DNA of 64,000 nt from Octopus sinensis (lineage: Eukaryota). The stretch lies in the NCBI RefSeq assembly GCF_006345805.1, contig NC_043018.1, positions 16,244,001 to 16,308,000 on the forward strand, written 5' to 3'. Below the pieces are notes generated by a model. That model saw only the letters and a program-made list of their open reading frames with translations, was not told where the DNA came from and made no database searches. A program made the translations under genes and the position numbers. Within the stretch, counting starts at the first letter, position 1. Every line of letters begins with the position of its first letter. This document shows positions 40,435 through 55,742 of the stretch, one piece after another.

Positions 40435-41090
40435 CATTCATATATGTAGGTATGTATGTATGTATATATATGTATATATATGTATATATTTATATATATA
40501 TATATCAATATGTACTCATTACACAAATTTATATATTTAGATATACAGATTTTCTATTATTATATACATGTTTGTGAATAATTTTTGTACCTGTGCTGTA
40601 TATGTGTGCGACGAAGTGTATATATGTATGAGTGTGTGTGAGTATTGAGTGGTATGTATGTAGGTATTTATATTCCAGAGAAGCTTGTCTAATGTTGAAT
40701 AAGATTTACTTATCACACACACTGACACACACACACCCAACACACATATACATATACATATACATATACATGAATGTATATATGATTGTATGTATGTGCA
40801 ATAACGCGTGTTTATGCGTATGTGAACTGAGTGTGCGTATATATGAGAAAATGTGCGTGTATATGTACATGTGTGTGTGTTTGTGTGTGTGTGTATAAAT
40901 GACTGTATGCTAGTTTCTGCACCGAATATTCCACTTGAATGTGAAGATGAATAATCTACTCTTTGACTTTGTGTCTAAGTGGCTAAGTACACCGTAGTTA
41001 CGTTAATCTTTAAAGTAATTCCCTGGTAGAATGATTTCACTGATACATATTTACACACACACACACTCACCAGACACAGAATGAAATTCA

Positions 41091-41169
<79 letters not shown>

Positions 41170-43106
41170 TCGGGATATGAAACCACTGGTGACAACTTCA
41201 TGTATTCTACATACGTGAATACGTATATACATGTGCTTGTGTCTGTGAGCGTTGGTGGTTCAATTGTGTGTGCGTGTGTGTGTTTTTGCTGTATCTATAA
41301 ATGGATGAACGAAGGTTTGAGCCACACTCCAAATGACCGAGGACGTATCTGCTGCTGAAGAAGAACAATCACATTCTTTGTTGGCAGATGTATAATCAGT
41401 TTATAACGCATGTTGGTTTGCTGGTGTATAACCAGCTTATAACACATAACGTTTTACAGCTACTGTAAATTCTACAAATATAGAATGCTCACTAATAAAA
41501 TGAGTCTGTAGAATTTAGTCATTTGCTAAACAAAAATGTGACGCACAACAAAATGGCTATACTTCTATAAACGCTTATTTGTTGGCGAACTGGCGGAGTT
41601 GTTAGTGCGTCGGGCAAAAATGGTTAGCGGCATTTCGTCTGCTGCTACGTTCTGAGTTCAAATTCCGCCGAGGTTGACTGTGTCTTTCATCCTTTCCGGG
41701 TCGATTAAATAAGTACCAGTTACGCACTGGGGTCGATATAATCGTCTTAATCCCATTTGTCTGTCCTTGTTTGTCCCCTCTATGGTTAGCCGCTTGTTGG
41801 CAATAAAGAAATAAGAATCGTTAGCACGCCGTTAGAACTTTCGCCACAACTTTCTCTCACTCTTTCCTCCTGCATCTAGCAGCCCACCTGCGACGGACCG
41901 GCGTGCCGTCCAGGTGGGAAACATATACGCCAATGAAACCGGGAAACCAGCTCTTATGAGCCAGGAATGGCTCTTGAAGGAACAAACAACAACAATATGT
42001 TATGAACATTTAGACTTGTAAACATTGAAACTTTTAAACATGTTTTTCTAATTCATAATTTTAAATTTTTACCATTGATAAACGAAAAAATATTCATTTA
42101 AAAACAATTACAAGTTTTTCAAATTTTGGTGCATTTCATCATCAAATTTGCCTACATATATACATACACATATATATATATATTATATAATATATATATA
42201 TAATATATATGTAGGTATATATATATATGTATATATATATATGCATGCCAAATTCACTCACAAGGCTTTAGTCGGTCCCAGGCTATCGTAGAAGACACTT
42301 GACCAAGGTGGCACACACTGTGACTGAACCCAGAACCATGTCACTGAGCGGCCTGCAAATCCACACAAGGAGGACGTTAAATGATTATGGTAAACTTCAT
42401 TCACCCGTCTTCTTTAAAAGTCACAAAAATTACTTTTAATTGGCTCACGTCAGAAATAATTATGATATAGGATTACGAAATAATAAGGAAGGAACCAGGA
42501 TTAAAAAATGGTAATATTAAATATGATCTTTCAAATCATACAAAATTATAGAGTCATCTTCATTTCAAAATGACATCGACGTAGAAAGATGGGTGAAGAT
42601 ATGTTGCGATATGGTTAATTATATCGTAGCTTAATGACATTGCAAGACTGAAGCTGAGTACTTGAAGCTAACGAAGCGTTGTTGATAATACAGTGTTTAC
42701 TTTAATTGCACAGATGAACTGTTGTAATTTAGAACTTTTACAGACAGACGCATTGAGACAGAACTTGCCTCGGTCATCGACACAGCTTTGCGTTGGCCGA
42801 CGACAGAATGAGATCAATGTTCGGTTGAGTGATAGTGGAGTAGCAAGATTTAGACCAATGTGGAAGGAAAACGTCCTCTACATATTTCACAGTCATCCCG
42901 GGGTCGAAATGTACTTAATTGTATACACATACATACATTATACACACACACACATATATATATGTATATATATATATACGTATATATACGTACATATGCA
43001 TGCATGCATGTCTGTATGTGTTGTTATATATATATATATATATATAATATATATATATAATTATATATTAAAATATATATATATATATATATATAATATA
43101 TAATAT

Positions 43107-43511
43107 TCTCTTTTACTCTTTTACTCTTTTACTTGTTTCAGTCATTTGATTGCGGCCATGCTGGAGCACCACCTTTAGTCGAGCATATCGACCCCGGGAC
43201 TTATTCTTTGTAAGCCCAGTACTTATTCTATCGGTCTCTTTTGCCAAACCGCTAAGTGACGGGGACGTAAATACACCAGCATCGGTTGTCAAGCAATGCT
43301 AGGGGGACAAACACAGACACACAAACACATACACACACATACATATATATATATACGACAGGCTTCTATCAGTTTCCGTCTACCAAATCCACTCACAAGA
43401 CATTGGTCGGCCCGGGGCTATAGCAGAAGACACTTGCCCAAGATGCCACGCAGTGGGACTGAACCCGGAAACATGTGGCTGGTTAGCAAGCTTACTTACC
43501 ACACAGCCACT
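43107..43511 (-). mobile_element. SINE family A, near full length
   Basis: High identity to 1106-1472; (TCTTTTA)n tail at the left end. Confidence 0.85.
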
Positions 43512-43545
43512 CTATTTTACACACACACATATATATATATAATAT

Positions 43546-43607
<62 letters not shown>

Positions 43608-44433
43608 GTAGTATGGATGTATGTATGTATGTACATATATAATATATATATATATATATATTATATATATGTAAATATATATATTATATATATGGGGAGG
43701 GGTGTAACAAGACATGGTAGGAAATTGGTTGTTTTGCACTTTTGCACAGGAGGGAATGCTCAGAAAAATAAATGAAAAATGAAGACGAATGAGCAGAGTC
43801 CACGATGTTGAAGGGGGAGAAAGAAAACGTACGAGAATGAAAAATGTGATAGAATGAAAATAAACGGATTTGGAGAGCGTGGTTTTACGAGAAGAAGCTG
43901 TCTTTCCTTTGTTATTGTAGAGGGCGCCAACAGTGAGAAGCAGCCTCACAGTGTGTGTGTGTGTTTTTTTTTTAAGAAAACTTTTGCACACCAACAAACG
44001 CACTAACGGATTAAAGAAACTTTTCTTTTCGCACCACTTGTCAGAAAAAAAACTGAGAAAAAGAACTTTACACTTTATCAATAAATATAGTTTCTGTTGA
44101 CGCAGACGACACGTCTCTCTGGATTCGGATACTCGAGTTGTGTATGTCTTATCTGATTAAACACTGGCACACGACTGCAGGCTGATTCTGTAGATTGGAA
44201 GGTACGTCTTTCTCTTAGTTAACCAGTGAAGCAATCTGCCAAAAATGTATTCCTTACGTGTGCTAGAAACCGATTCTTAGAACTAAATTTCAGTTCATGA
44301 GATCGATCTTATAGTACGATCGAAGGTATATCTCTCATTTTATTACTCTGCCAATTTTCGGCATCAACCTTTGCACATATATAATTGTACAGTCAACAAA
44401 TTTTAGGTGTTGTAGTAATATGTATTGTATGAA

Positions 44434-44476
<43 letters not shown>

Positions 44477-45275
44477 TTGTATTATATGTATAAGTATATA
44501 TGTATATATTTGTATATATATTTATATATAATATATAATATATATACATTTTATTTATATATATATACATATTTGTATATAATGTATATGTATATATGTA
44601 TATATATATTTGTATATATATGTATATTACATATATATATATAACATATTATATATATATATAATATATACATATATATACATACATGCATACATATATA
44701 TACACACATATATGTTTATTTGGGAAAACTACACACGTATATAGATGCTTATACATGTATACATGTATACAATAAAGGTACATATATATTATATATATAT
44801 ATATATATACAGTCTGTGTGTGTTTATGCACACATACACACACATATATATGCAGACACACACACACATATAAATATATACATATATATTTATATATAAT
44901 ATATATATATATATATATACATACATACATACATACGATTCCTGGCTTTGGGGAAACGAAAATACAGGAGGATCAGTTAATTATGATTTTATTCAGCATA
45001 TTTCCCCTCCTCTCAGGTTCACACACTTATTACAGCGGTCCTTCAGTCTTTCTAAGCCCTGTAAACGTGTGTAAAAGCCCAAGTTGGGGGCCCAATCAGG
45101 CCTTTCCCGATACCCTTAAAGCAAGGAACTTTTCAGCATACATGTATGTATGCACGGGTACCTGTATGCATGCACGTATGTATGTATATATGTATGCATG
45201 TTTGTCTGTATGCATACACGCATACATACAGATGTTTCCATACATCCGTGCATGTATAAATGTATGTATGTATAT

Positions 45276-45430
45276 TAGGGTCAGGCAAAATGATCTGACA
45301 CATTTTAAAATATAATGAAACAAAATGGCATTATATGTACTTTTCAAAAATAAAAACACTTTTTTGTTTCTTTACTTCATTTGCCTTTTATTTAACCTAC
45401 AAATGTGTCAGATCATTTTGCCTGACCCTG
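45276..45430. mobile_element. Tc1/mariner-type MITE (155 bp)
   Basis: Perfect 29-bp inverted repeats (45277-45305 agggtcaggcaaaatgatctgacacattt / 45401-45429), AT-rich spacer, and TA at the right end. Confidence 0.8.
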
Positions 45431-45754
45431 TACATGTTTGTGTGTATATATGTATATATAAGTGTGTGTATCTATGTATGTATGCATGCACGTGTATGTA
45501 TACATGTACGTGTGTGCAGAAATGTAGCGCTGTTTGAAAATAAAGAATAAAACATTTATTCCAGGAATAGAAGAAATGCAATTCTATTTTAGAAGTAATC
45601 AGATTTTGCTATCAGAAAAATCTATGAAAGAAGCATCTTCATCAGCGATTCTGGAGTCATAGGGTCGATGACCAAGGCTGTTAATATCAGGCTGAGTAAA
45701 AGTAAATCTTCTGAAACATGAAATTCATCACAATATATTTCAGCAAAGCAGGAA

Positions 45755-45925
45755 TTCTATTCATCCAAATAAGCGCCATTACAATCAACACGTTTTTGTC
45801 AACGAGTTTGTTTATTCTCGTAACGTAAAAATCTGGAGTTCTGGAGCTGATGAACTCATTCAAGGCACTTTCAGCATCGGTTTGACTTTTCAACTCCTTC
45901 TCTCGAAGGAAACCATCGAGGTGCT
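45755..45925 (-). mobile_element. Mariner transposase C-terminal remnant
   Basis: KHLDGFLREKELKSQTDAESALNEFISSRTPDFYVTRINKLV resembles mariner HLDNFL.GK.F....AENAF.EF..SR...FY..GINKL. Other mariner C-terminal scraps lie at ~45000-45130 (GLERLKDRCNKCVNLRGGE) and ~38110-38170 (GLKELKDSYNKCVNLRGKY). Confidence 0.65.
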
Positions 45926-46225
45926 TTTTTTTCTTCTCTTCTTCCATTTATTTTCTTACTCTTTTACTCTTTTACTTGTTTCAGTCATTTGACTGTGGCC
46001 ATTCTGTAGCACTGCCTTTATTAAACTAATTTCGAGCTGACCACTCATTGGTCATTTCCTTACCAAACGTTTCAGCTGCTTACGTCCTTTTTTGATGTTG
46101 GATATTAAAAAAGGACAATCTGGTGATGATGGCGGAGGATGTGAGGCAGGAGAGGGAGGAGATAGAGAGGGAATAGAAGATAAATAAGAGGAATGAGAAG
46201 AGATGAGGAGAACTTGTGATCTCAC

Positions 46226-46331
46226 CTTCTGGTTTGATGCACTTCTCATTATAAAACCCACAGTCAGGTTCATCTTTGGGTGGTGCACCATTCATCCATG
46301 CGATGACACTTCCTTCATTCAGTTTGAAATC
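46226..46331 (-). CDS. Receptor guanylyl cyclase exon (juxtamembrane extracellular segment): DFKLNEGSVIAWMNGAPPKDEPDCGFYNEKCIKPE
   Basis: Acceptor tttcag|GAT, donor GAAG|gtgag, 106 nt (phase 0 to 1). The W..G.PP.D.P.CGF..E.C motif is typical of membrane guanylyl cyclases just before the TM helix. Splices in frame to the next exon. Confidence 0.9.
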
Positions 46332-46699
46332 CTGAAAGGAAAGAAAGAAACAATTGAGAACTCGATACAGAATTAAGAGATCAGAAAAATGGAAACAATA
46401 TTCGTGGCGGGGGGGGGAGGTGCTGCAGCTGCTGATCATAGTGATTATGATAATGATGGTTCTCCTTTGGGAAACATTGCTAGTGGAGCGGCCATGCTTA
46501 CACTCTGAAACCAGAAAAATACCCCAGAAAATGTCGCGATCAGACTCAAATTTCGATGATGTGACAACAACAGTACCAACTATGAGCACGAATGCGCAGA
46601 AGGAAGTGTGACAAGAATAAAGACAATTTATGGCGAAAATGTGGATAATTTTTCGCTTCCTCTCGTATAAATATTTACTACATGTCTGTAATATATATA

Positions 46700-46753
<54 letters not shown>

Positions 46754-46938
46754 TCACTCACAAAGACACATGTATAGATTGACAGACGGATGTCGACTGA
46801 ATAATGTATGTTGATTACTGTGAATAAGCAGTATATATCTATCTACATTTCGTATGTGTATATATAATATATATATTATATATATATATATATATACATG
46901 CTCACTCACACGCATATAACCATATTTGTATATATGAA

Positions 46939-46987
<49 letters not shown>

Positions 46988-47649
46988 TGTATGCATTGCT
47001 GTATTTATGAATACATGTTGTATATATTTGCGTGTACTTGCAAAAGCGAGCGAGCATGCGTGTGTGTGAATGTGTGTGCGTGTGTGTGTCTATGTGTGTG
47101 TTTTCTTAATATTCACCAATATGGCGATTGCCTTCTGATCCTATACACATAGAGAACAAATCTGCAATATATTTTTTTCCTCCATCATTTAGATAAATTC
47201 TGCTCCTTTTCGTTATCTTTAAATTCAATAACACCGTATTCTTGGGAGAGCAAGGGTCGACTTCACAGCATCATTTTCTGCTGATGCCATAAAAACTAAG
47301 TAACAGAAAGCAGTGGAATGGATTGAGGGAAATTTACGATGGATATTCGAAATCACAGTTCTGTACATATATCTTAACTATAGAAATAGAAATAACAAAA
47401 AAAATGATAAAAATAACAAAAGTGCAGGCGAGTTCACAACCCAAGTTGACGTCCAAGGAAAGAAACCTGTATAAGAAATCATTGTGTGAGAGTATAACGT
47501 TTTGACTGTAGTACCTCGTCGGGTACGACAGAGGGTTTAAGAGAGTTTGTAGAGCGATGAAAGAAAAGGAAGTTGATGAAAAACAAGAGACAGTTTAATA
47601 TAAAACGATGTGTGTGTGTATACTAATATATATATATATAATCAAAATA

Positions 47650-47895
47650 AACAACAAGGATATCCAAGGTGGACGCAAACTCAACTGCTGGCTCTGATGG
47701 TTTCTCAGCAATTGTCCTCAAATAGTGTAAGCGTGCACTAGCGAAACCACTACACATTCTCTTCCCAGAACCTAAACCAGTGCGGTACCTGGGTATTGAC
47801 ATGAGGAAATATACCTCTTTCGAAGTGCATATTACCAAGATGGCAACAAAGTGCAGACGGCTGGTTGGCTCGATTTTGAGAACATTTAAAACCAG
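47650..47895 (+). mobile_element. Degraded CR1/L2-group LINE fragment with internal deletion
   Basis: STAGSDGFSAIVLK*CKRALAKPLHILF (GPDG-type pre-RT motif) is joined to VRYLGID..FEVHITKMATKCRRLVGSILRTF (post-RT DLG..F..HI motif). Confidence 0.55.
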
Positions 47896-48085
47896 ATATT
47901 CATATGTATTAATATCTGTATAAGCATTATAAGTTGAATTTATGAGTATGATTGCCTAATTTGAGTTTATATCTTAATTCCTATCTTTTATCCTTTTGTC
48001 TCGGGTTCGATCCGAGCACTTCCTTTTAGTAGTTTTATATATTTCGTAAGAAAGAACAATAATACTATATATATAATATATATAT

Positions 48086-48129
<44 letters not shown>

Positions 48130-48935
48130 GTACATACACAGTATATACACACACACACATATACACACAGGCAGATACAAGCAGAGATATACACCTACAC
48201 TAATATATGAAAACCAATGTGTGAATGAGTCATGGGATGTGGAAAATTCAACCTTTTGGAGAGAATTCTTCTTTAGGAAAATGTTGACACTATTGATATT
48301 GTATGTATGTATCCGGGTGTGTGTATGTGTGTGTCTCTTGTGTATATTATGTATGTATTCGTATATAGGTACATCAGATTATAAGAACATAGTATACAGC
48401 ATAATATAAACCAGTAGAGTTAACAGCAATGTTTCTATTTTGGTTCTGTATAAAATGTGATTTGATGTTTAGAAACTGAATGCTTTTGCTTTTGCTTTCT
48501 TTTTATGAATACGTAAAGTAACTCAAACAATAAGCTTCATTTGAGACTTACTTTGAACGAATCAAATTCCTCTAAGATCAACACTCCACCCCATCAACAC
48601 AAGACAAAAAAGAAGAAAAAAAAAGTGGAAAGTCTAAAAATAGAATAAATAATGAAAATATCTACAAATTCGCGAATATTAAAAAAATGGCGTTTGATTT
48701 TAACTCGAGTTGACAAAACAAAAGAAAAAAATGTTTGTTTTTTTTTTTTCTTTTGACTTTGAAACATTAATATCAAATCCAGAATTTCGACAGTAAACAA
48801 ATAAATATTGCAAGTATTTTTTTTTTTTTTTGTATTTTCATCATCCGAAAATATCGTATGCATACTTTGTTCTTACTTTTTTATTGCTGGCAAATTTCTT
48901 CACAGACATATTGTCCTCTTTCATTTCCATCATCT

Positions 48936-49535
<600 letters not shown>

Positions 49536-49542
49536 TTGTTAA

Positions 49543-49935
49543 GGCGGCGAGCTGGCAGAAACGTTAGCACGCCGGGCGAAATGCTTAGCAGTATTTCGTC
49601 TGCCGTTACGTTCTGAGTTCAAATTCCGCCAAGGTCAACTTTGCATTTCATCCTTTCGGAGTCGATTAAATGAGTACCAGTTACGCACTGGGGGCGATAT
49701 AATCGGCTTAATCCGTTTGTCTGTCCTTGTTTGTCCTCTCTGTGTTTAATCCTTTGTAGGTAGTAAAGAAATAGATATTTCATCTCTTTTTACCTTCTGA
49801 GTCCAAATTCCGCCGATGTCGACTTTGCCTTTCATCCTTTCGGTGTCGATAAATTAAGGACCATTTGCGTACTTGGGTCCACCTAATCAACTGGCCCCCT
49901 CCCCCAAAACTTCGGGTCTTGTGCCTAAAGTAAAA
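49543..49935 (+). mobile_element. tRNA-derived SINE family B with duplicated core
   Basis: Head ggcggcgagctggcagaaacgttagc..gttcaaattccgcc and core ggtcgactttgcctttcatcctttcggggtcgataaattaagtaccag (present twice). Further copies at ~3410-3565(-), 11200-11440(-), 19150-19495(-), 24150-24440(+), 27770-28085(+), 32780-32950(-), 41580-41830(+), 50080-50355(+), 51760-51960(-), 56095-56290(+), 63122-63310(+), 63675-63830(+). Confidence 0.8.
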
Positions 49936-50361
49936 AAGATTCTTTGGCGGTCGATGAAATTAAATCCTAGTGAGACACTGGGGTCGATGTAACCGTCTAT
50001 TCTCCACCTCCACCGCCAAATATCAAATATTGTGCCTTCAGTAGAAATGATTATAAATAGGGGATGGGGTGAGTTGGCAGAATCGTTAGCGCACCGGACA
50101 AAATGCTTGGCGGCATTTCATCCGGCAGGCCTTGTGTCTTTAGTAGAAAAGATTATTATCATAAGTTCTAATGATGCTGTTATTGATATTGTTGTCGATA
50201 ATCTTTTCTTTTATCCAATGCAATATTAATACACACATTCTTTCGTCTGCCTTTACGTTCTGAGTTCAAATTCCGCCGAGGTCGACTTTGCCGTTCATCC
50301 TCTCGGAGTCGATAAATTAAGTACCAGTTGAGTACTGAGGTTGACCTAATCGACTAAATAT

Positions 50362-51600
50362 TATTTTATGTTCGAAGTCGTACGACAGACATGCTACAAT
50401 ACTCACGGTCCAAACGCAGGCAAACGGACTCATTGAAGTCAGACGAGATGTCCGATAAGGGAATGCGCTCTTACTTCTACTATTTAAATTCGGGAGTTGT
50501 GTCGAGAGCAGAAAAGAATAGCAATACACACACACAGAGTTTATGCATAAAGTTTTTGGTGATTTTTATCAAACATCATAAATATTGTTATTTAAATATT
50601 TTATTTATCGATGTCGTGCAACGTGGCCTCAGTTATATGTCATTGTTCTTTTACAGTTTTCTGATTGAAATAGGAAAAATAAAATATTGTATAAAACGAA
50701 ACATTTAGAAAAATATCACTAAATATTAAATATGAAAGAGAGACGAGAGAAAGACAGAAAGCGAGAGAGAGAGAGAGAGAGAGAGAGAGTGTGTGTGTGT
50801 ATAAATTGAAACAAAGAACAATATAGAGTAAAATAAACAGAAAGTAAAAGAGAATAAGAAGCAGAAGGAAAATAGAGCGCAAGAGAAAGAGAAAGAAAGA
50901 GAATAATACAGAAAGATAATAGAGTGTAAAAGAGAAAGAGAAAAAGAAAGAGAGAGATAAAAGAACGAATAAATGTGAGAGATAGGAAAACGAAATAAAT
51001 AGAGAGATAAAGAGGGAGAGAGAGAGAGAGGGTGAAGGAAAATATATGGAAAAAAAACTATAATTTGCGATTCATATAAAATGGCTCCCAGAGAAGAAAA
51101 ATATAAAAACGATATTTTTGCATGTTATTTTTATGGTAATTCTTGTTGTTGATCATCACTTCCGAATAAATCAGAAATAGCCTGGAAGAGCTGACAGATT
51201 ATTTTAAGAGTACAGAAAAGATCCAATAGATCTTCTAAGTCTCTGACCTACATTCTCTAAATTCATGTCGAAAGAAGTTCCCAGAAGATGAAAAGAGAGA
51301 AAAAAAAAAAAATCAGAGCCAAGATTCTTAACATTGGAACAAACGACATTCAAGTATGCTATTATTATTTTTTTTGTTGTCATTTTTTTTTACTTTTATT
51401 TCTATTTTTTCTTCTTCTTATAATTGAACTTTGTTTTAAAATAAATCTAAAGATGGATCGACTTGCTTTTGAATATTTTATGTTCGAAGTCGTACGACAG
51501 ACATGCTACAATACTCTCGGTCCAAACGCAGGCAAACGGACTCATTAAAGTCAGACGAGGTGTCCGATAAGGGAATGCGCTCTTACTTCTACTATTTAAA
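50362..51600 (+). repeat. Pair of 127-bp direct repeats (50362-50488 and 51474-51600)
   Basis: Three mismatches in 127 bp by eye, separated by 985 bp of mostly low-complexity sequence. Confidence 0.85.
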
Positions 51601-52561
51601 ATCACCGCAGCCTTCCTATTTGATTTATTCTCTCGCAACTGCGCCATGGTAGTGGTTGGAGGGGAGTTATCCAGTTACCCGTTTTGTTATTGTCCATGAA
51701 TTTTTTCAAATTGTTATGAATTTATAGACTTTGTTTTTCATAATATCGGTTTCAAATTTTGGTACTGGACCACCATGTTCGGAGCAGGAGGTTAATCACT
51801 TACAGCGACTTCGATGTTCAACTGATACTTATTTTATCGATCTCGAATGGATGAAAGACAAAATTGAGCTCGGCGGAATTCGAATTCAGAAAGTAAAGAC
51901 GGACGAAATGCTGCTAAGCATTTTGCCCGTCGTGTTAACGATTTTGGTAGCTCATCGCCCTCCGTTTTACATAATATCAATGTTAATGCAGAAGAATAGC
52001 TGTGAAAATAAGGTAAAATTCCTTTATAGAGGGCAAAAGTGGTCAACAGCTTCTAGAGAATCGAACTCCCTACTTCTCAAATTCTGGCTGAGTGCTTTGG
52101 GTATTTCACCCGATCTTCTAAAACTTACAATTTCTAGAAAAACAAAAAGAAGTCACTTAATCCACGCTTTAATGGTTGCCTATAAAAATGTATTCGCACT
52201 TCTAAAGCTGTTATTTAGCATTATAAAAAAACAGTATCTGTTGTCAAGGTTTGTTTAGCAAGTAGCCAAATTTTGAGCAGTACAGTGTTCGATTCGCCTG
52301 ATCGAGTGGGCATGCTTCAGGGTCTCAATAGTTACAACTAGTCTGTGGGCTGTTGGTGTGGCTTCCGAGTGATAACGCCTTTCATATTGGGCCAAAAGCA
52401 GTATGAGAAGTATGACATTTTTATCGAGCGTCTATTATGAGTATTCCTGATTTACAGAGAAATACTTATCTAATTCCTGGCATCATTAAATAAGGTGTAT
52501 TTGATAAAATCGCTCGTATACGAATTCGAAGTCACATCAGTGTTGTAACGTACTCGAAAAG

Positions 52562-52880
52562 CAAAATTACGTCGGTTTTATGCGAAGACAATTTGAAAAG
52601 GCGATATGCATGCTACAAGTCTTCTTTACGACACGCCGACAAAAGTTAAGCCACTGCGTTGGCTTGCCATGTATGGAATCTGAAAACCAATTACGCACCA
52701 CATTCAATCAAGTGGATCACTGTAGAGGAGTATACGGCGTATGTAAATGGATCAATACGATGCAAGTTATGTGTAGCTGAGAGATCGACTATTCTTTTTT
52801 GATACAAGAATTCTATCACACAACTTAATTGCAGATTCCAAATATTTAGCAAACGAAGCACAATGACAAATTTCTCTTCT
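52562..52880 (+). mobile_element. Penelope-like element, GIY-YIG endonuclease C-terminal remnant
   Basis: Read with a frameshift and stops: NYVG.CEDNLKRRYACYKSSLRHADKS*ATALACHVWNLK..SIKW..YVNGSIRCKLCVAERSTIL. This follows the PLE pattern Y.G..E..FK.R..H..SF..TALS.H.W.LK..IKW..C.LC..EK..I. Confidence 0.65.
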
Positions 52881-53568
52881 CAAACAAGAGGATACCACCC
52901 TCTATGGATTGAGCAGCTGTTTCCCTGACTTTGGCATCCTCCCCGTTAAATCATTCTTCTTCGACGAGATTAATTAAGATGTGCACGCACAAAGAACATG
53001 CAAACCTTATTTTCTTTCTTGTTATTCTTTTTCGGTATTCATTCACACTCTGTTTCCTCGTTTCATTTTGAGCATAAACTCTTTTCTTGTCTTTTTTCTT
53101 TTCCTCATATTTTCTCAGAGACAAACGTCCTCTTTCCAAATATAACTAGATATGAGCATTGAGCAGCCGGAAGGTTTACTTGAAAACACAGAGCACGTTA
53201 TTTAAACCTGCAGAATTATTGTGTTTTCACAGCATGAAACTACACACACACATACATACACACACAAATTTATATATATATTTCGCTAGAACCTGTTTTT
53301 TGTCCCCGTCACTTAGCGGTTCGGGAAAAGAGACTGATAGAATAAGTACTGGGCTTACAAAGAATAAGTCCCGGGGTCGAGTTGCTCGACTAAAGGTGGT
53401 GCACCAGCATGGCCGCAGTCAAATGACTGAAACAAGTAAAAAGAAAAAAAGAAAGAATATATATGTATTCATATATATATATACATACATGTGTATATAT
53501 ACATATATATATACATATGTATAATTATACACACACATGTATATATATATTGAGTATATTTAGACGCA

Positions 53569-53664
<96 letters not shown>

Positions 53665-53730
53665 ATGTTGCAATGGATAAATTGTCGCCATATTTTATTT
53701 TTAATTCCGAGCGTGCTCTAAGTCTACTGG

Positions 53731-53970
53731 GACATGGGAGTGTCTGAGTTTCTTATCAGGGAGGTAGTACATGAAGACATTCAGTATTCCTCATACAAGA
53801 TGGGAAAGGGCCAATTTTTTTATACCAAGCCATCAAGGAGAAAAGGAAAGGCCACACTAGGAAGCTTTCGAACAAACTCAAGCAACCCCTCCAACAGAAC
53901 ATACTTCGGCTTTTCTCAGACGAGAAAAATTCCTGCCAGAATCAGAATGGTAAACGCACAGAATTAAATA
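53731..53970 (+). mobile_element. Tc1/mariner-superfamily (maT/DD37D-like) transposase fragment
   Basis: [29 protein letters not shown]/..KLSNKLKQPLQQNILRLFSDEKN. FSDEK carries the first catalytic Asp; one frameshift. Confidence 0.65.
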
Positions 53971-54293
53971 TTCAATTCAGCACTAGAAATAAGATTATAA
54001 GTATAAGGAAATTAGACGGTTACCCCCAGTCAAAAAATACAGATTAAATGTAATGTATACGTGAAGATAAATGGACAGAAACTTTAGATTGGAAAGCGAT
54101 ACAGCAAGGAGGTAGCTACTACGTACACACTCACATATATACGTACACATGCATATATATATATATAAACATATATATATATATATTATATATATATATA
54201 TACATATACATATACATACATACTCACACACACACATATATATATCTATCTATCTATCTATATATATATATCTATATATATACATATATATAT

Positions 54294-54333
<40 letters not shown>

Positions 54334-55742
54334 TACATATATATATTCATATACATGCATACAGTGAAGAAGGGTGGGGGGGCTTGATAATAATAAAGAA
54401 CTGTAAGAGAGTAATCATAGGGGATTTTGAAAAGTACTAAGATATAAGAAAACAGACCAATTAATATATTCAAAAAGAAAAGTAAATATTTATTCAACGA
54501 AGACAAAGTATATTTTTCTCTATTAGGCAAGAATAAAATCCCATGGGATTATTTCTGCACAATGTTTTGTCTGACCTACGATCTGCAAAATACCTCTAAG
54601 GATGCATGTTTTTAAATAAAGATATTTATTCATAGCGAACTCCGTGAACCGAGTGAACTTTCTTGGAAAGTGCTCAGATACTGAAGAATATCTGGATTGA
54701 AACATTTTTTAAAAGGTCCGAGTCAATAAGTGAGCCGCTTGATCTGCAAGAAATTGCAGCCAAATCTTGCTGGAATTACATCTTACATACTTAAACAAGA
54801 AATGAATTGGCTAACGGAATCCTTGAAACAGTTTTAGATTAAAATGTCCATGTTATAATATTTATATTGTGTATAAAAACGTGGAATGGCACTAGATTCA
54901 ATACTTTGTTGCAGAGAAATATCTCATAGAGACTTGAGTTTTAAAAATACAGGTTGCGCTCGAACGCTGATGGATTACGATATTTCAACATAATTTAGTC
55001 TCTTCAGTGACGAATATCCTGGATGTTCGTAGCTAAGGGAAAATGTTTGTTCTAATATGGAAATGGGTAAACAAAACATCTACTGAGTTGCTACCCGGTG
55101 TAAAATTGAATTAATATAAGTAATTGAAACAGGATATTGTGATGTTGGGATTTTACGATATGTTCTGCGATTCTTTATAGGTTGGAGTTACCCCTTGAAC
55201 TACTGTGATATCCGCACATAATAGGAACTGGCTACATTTATAAATGGTGGTATCCTGGAATGCGGAGGAAGAGTTTTGCTTTGCATGTTCTTCCACGTGG
55301 TACAAAATAATTCCTGACATTTGATGTGTCGCTCCATCTGCTGTCCCTTTAATCTATGAATTTAATGCTGGCACCAAAAGTAGCGACGTTTGGTACGAAT
55401 ATGTCTATGTAAAAGTCTAGAATTAAATTGATATACGCACTTAGATAAACAACCTTAGTGCGTTCTATATTTGTATAGATGTTACAAATGTTATAGACAC
55501 AATCAGCTCTGTGTGTATTTTAGAAATACATACACTGCTTTGTACTGGATTGTATATTGTATGGAAGACCAGAAAGCTAATAATGGTTGGGAAACCGTTG
55601 ATTATAGTTGTACGGAATCAGGGCTAAGCTGAGGCTAAATAAATATTACAAGAAATATGAAAAAACCAAATTGAGTATGTGACTGAAATCAGAATACCCA
55701 GGCTCACAAACCTCCCCACAAAACAATATACACACAAAAGCG

